From Octopus sinensis (lineage: Eukaryota): DNA of 64,000 nt. The DNA lies in the NCBI RefSeq assembly GCF_006345805.1, contig NC_043007.1, positions 47,678,001-47,742,000 on the forward strand. The letters are read 5' to 3'. The notes below the pieces were generated by a model that was not told the origin of the DNA, made no database searches, and was given only the letters and a program-made list of their open reading frames with translations. The position numbers were made by a program, and so were the translations under genes. Each line of letters starts with the position of its first letter. The first letter of the stretch is position 1. This document shows positions 62,861-64,000 of this stretch, piece by piece.

Positions 62861-64000
62861 CTAATTAGCATACCCTTACTATCAAATGTAGTAGTGATTA
62901 TTCTAGTTCAGCATTTTTTGGATTACATTTTCAATATTTTAAATGAATTTTTTTTTCCTGTTATTTTAGACTTTTAAGCTTTTGTCAATGTAAAGAAACT
63001 GCCCAAATAGAAAGTGAAATTTGGTTGGCTGGAAATAAAAGAAGCCTGATCTCTATGTGTCTACACGCACACAGATATACAAGGTGTGTACAGTCTGACC
63101 ACCTATTGCAATATCTGGGTACAGTCTGGTGGCTTCAGTTGTAACTATTGGCCTAACCTATATACACAGAAACACATTTTAACATCTTTTCCATCCTTGC
63201 ATGAGGCACCTGAGAGTAAGCTGGAGCACAGTTCTCTATGATTGGGTGCTCTACATAACAAACCTTACCTGCTTCTAAGCAAGGTAATAATTTCCCAGTT
63301 TGTTGACTATCAAACAGCCTAAAGATGGATATGCAGAGAAGTGGATATAAATGACACCAGTTGAATGTGCTTTCTGTTTTAAAAGATTATGCAACATGTC
63401 AAGAAGCCCAGATATGCTTTGTGGCAGGTTGCAAGCAAAAAACACTGTATTCTTGCAAGGCCTTTTATTTACAACCAGCAAACACACTTAGCATAAGCAG
63501 AAATATATATAATTTTGTCATGCTTGCATGCAATTCATTAGAGCAGATTTTCTGTAGCCAGATGCCCTTCCTGTTGCCAATCCTCACCTGTTTCCTGCCG
63601 AGATAATATTTTCCCACATTCTTTTGATAGTAAAGCTTGTTTTTGTGACTATCATGTGATGTTAAGACAAGGAAACACAAATTTACACACATACACACAC
63701 ACTTGATGAACTTGTTTCTATCTACCAAAATCCATTCACAAGGCTTTGGTTGATTCAAGATGTGCCACACAGTGGGACTAAACCCCAAAACTAAGCGGTT
63801 GAGTAGCAAACTTCTTAACCACACCACTACACCTACACCTATATATCACGATTTAATGACCATCTTCCATGCTGACATGGGTTGGATGGTTTTACAAGAT
63901 CTGAGAACTGTTTTGAGCTGCAATGTCTACTTTGGCATGCTTTTTACAACGAGGTACCTTTCCTGACTCCAACCACTTCACAGTATACTGGGTGCTGTTT

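Noticed and set aside
62464-64000. Search for MEMO1 exon 3 (HAGY..CG)
   Set aside because: No matching phase-2 exon found; it presumably lies beyond the window.

Overview
AT-rich, microsatellite- and transposon-dense animal genomic DNA. The tRNA-derived SINE families resemble those I recall from coleoid cephalopods (Octopus); this is inference, not a database result. Host genes: (1) the first two coding exons of MEMO1 (+; 48133-48184 and 62382-62463, 14.2 kb intron) behind a CpG-rich NRF1/ETS-type promoter; (2) a candidate small five-exon gene (-; 9907 to 5063, about 172 aa) with an acidic disordered N-terminus and a weakly death-domain-like C-terminus. The rest is mobile DNA. A 5.35 kb CCCAG-ended CMC/EnSpm-like transposon (2-bp TSD) carries a spliced, decayed DUF4806 gene and a nested CAGGG-ended MITE. 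There are several Penelope-like elements; one has 120-bp inverted termini, an apparently intact type I hammerhead ribozyme and a 162-bp inverted copy of a neighbouring LINE at its 5' junction. Also present are Tx1, CR1-like, R4/Dong and RTE LINE fragments, a mariner remnant, hAT and piggyBac MITEs, four SINE families and several hairpins. No CRISPR array, rRNA or bona fide tRNA gene was found. Most ORFs in the supplied track are microsatellite artefacts. Coordinates with quoted boundaries were counted by hand; repeat ends without quoted boundaries are approximate.
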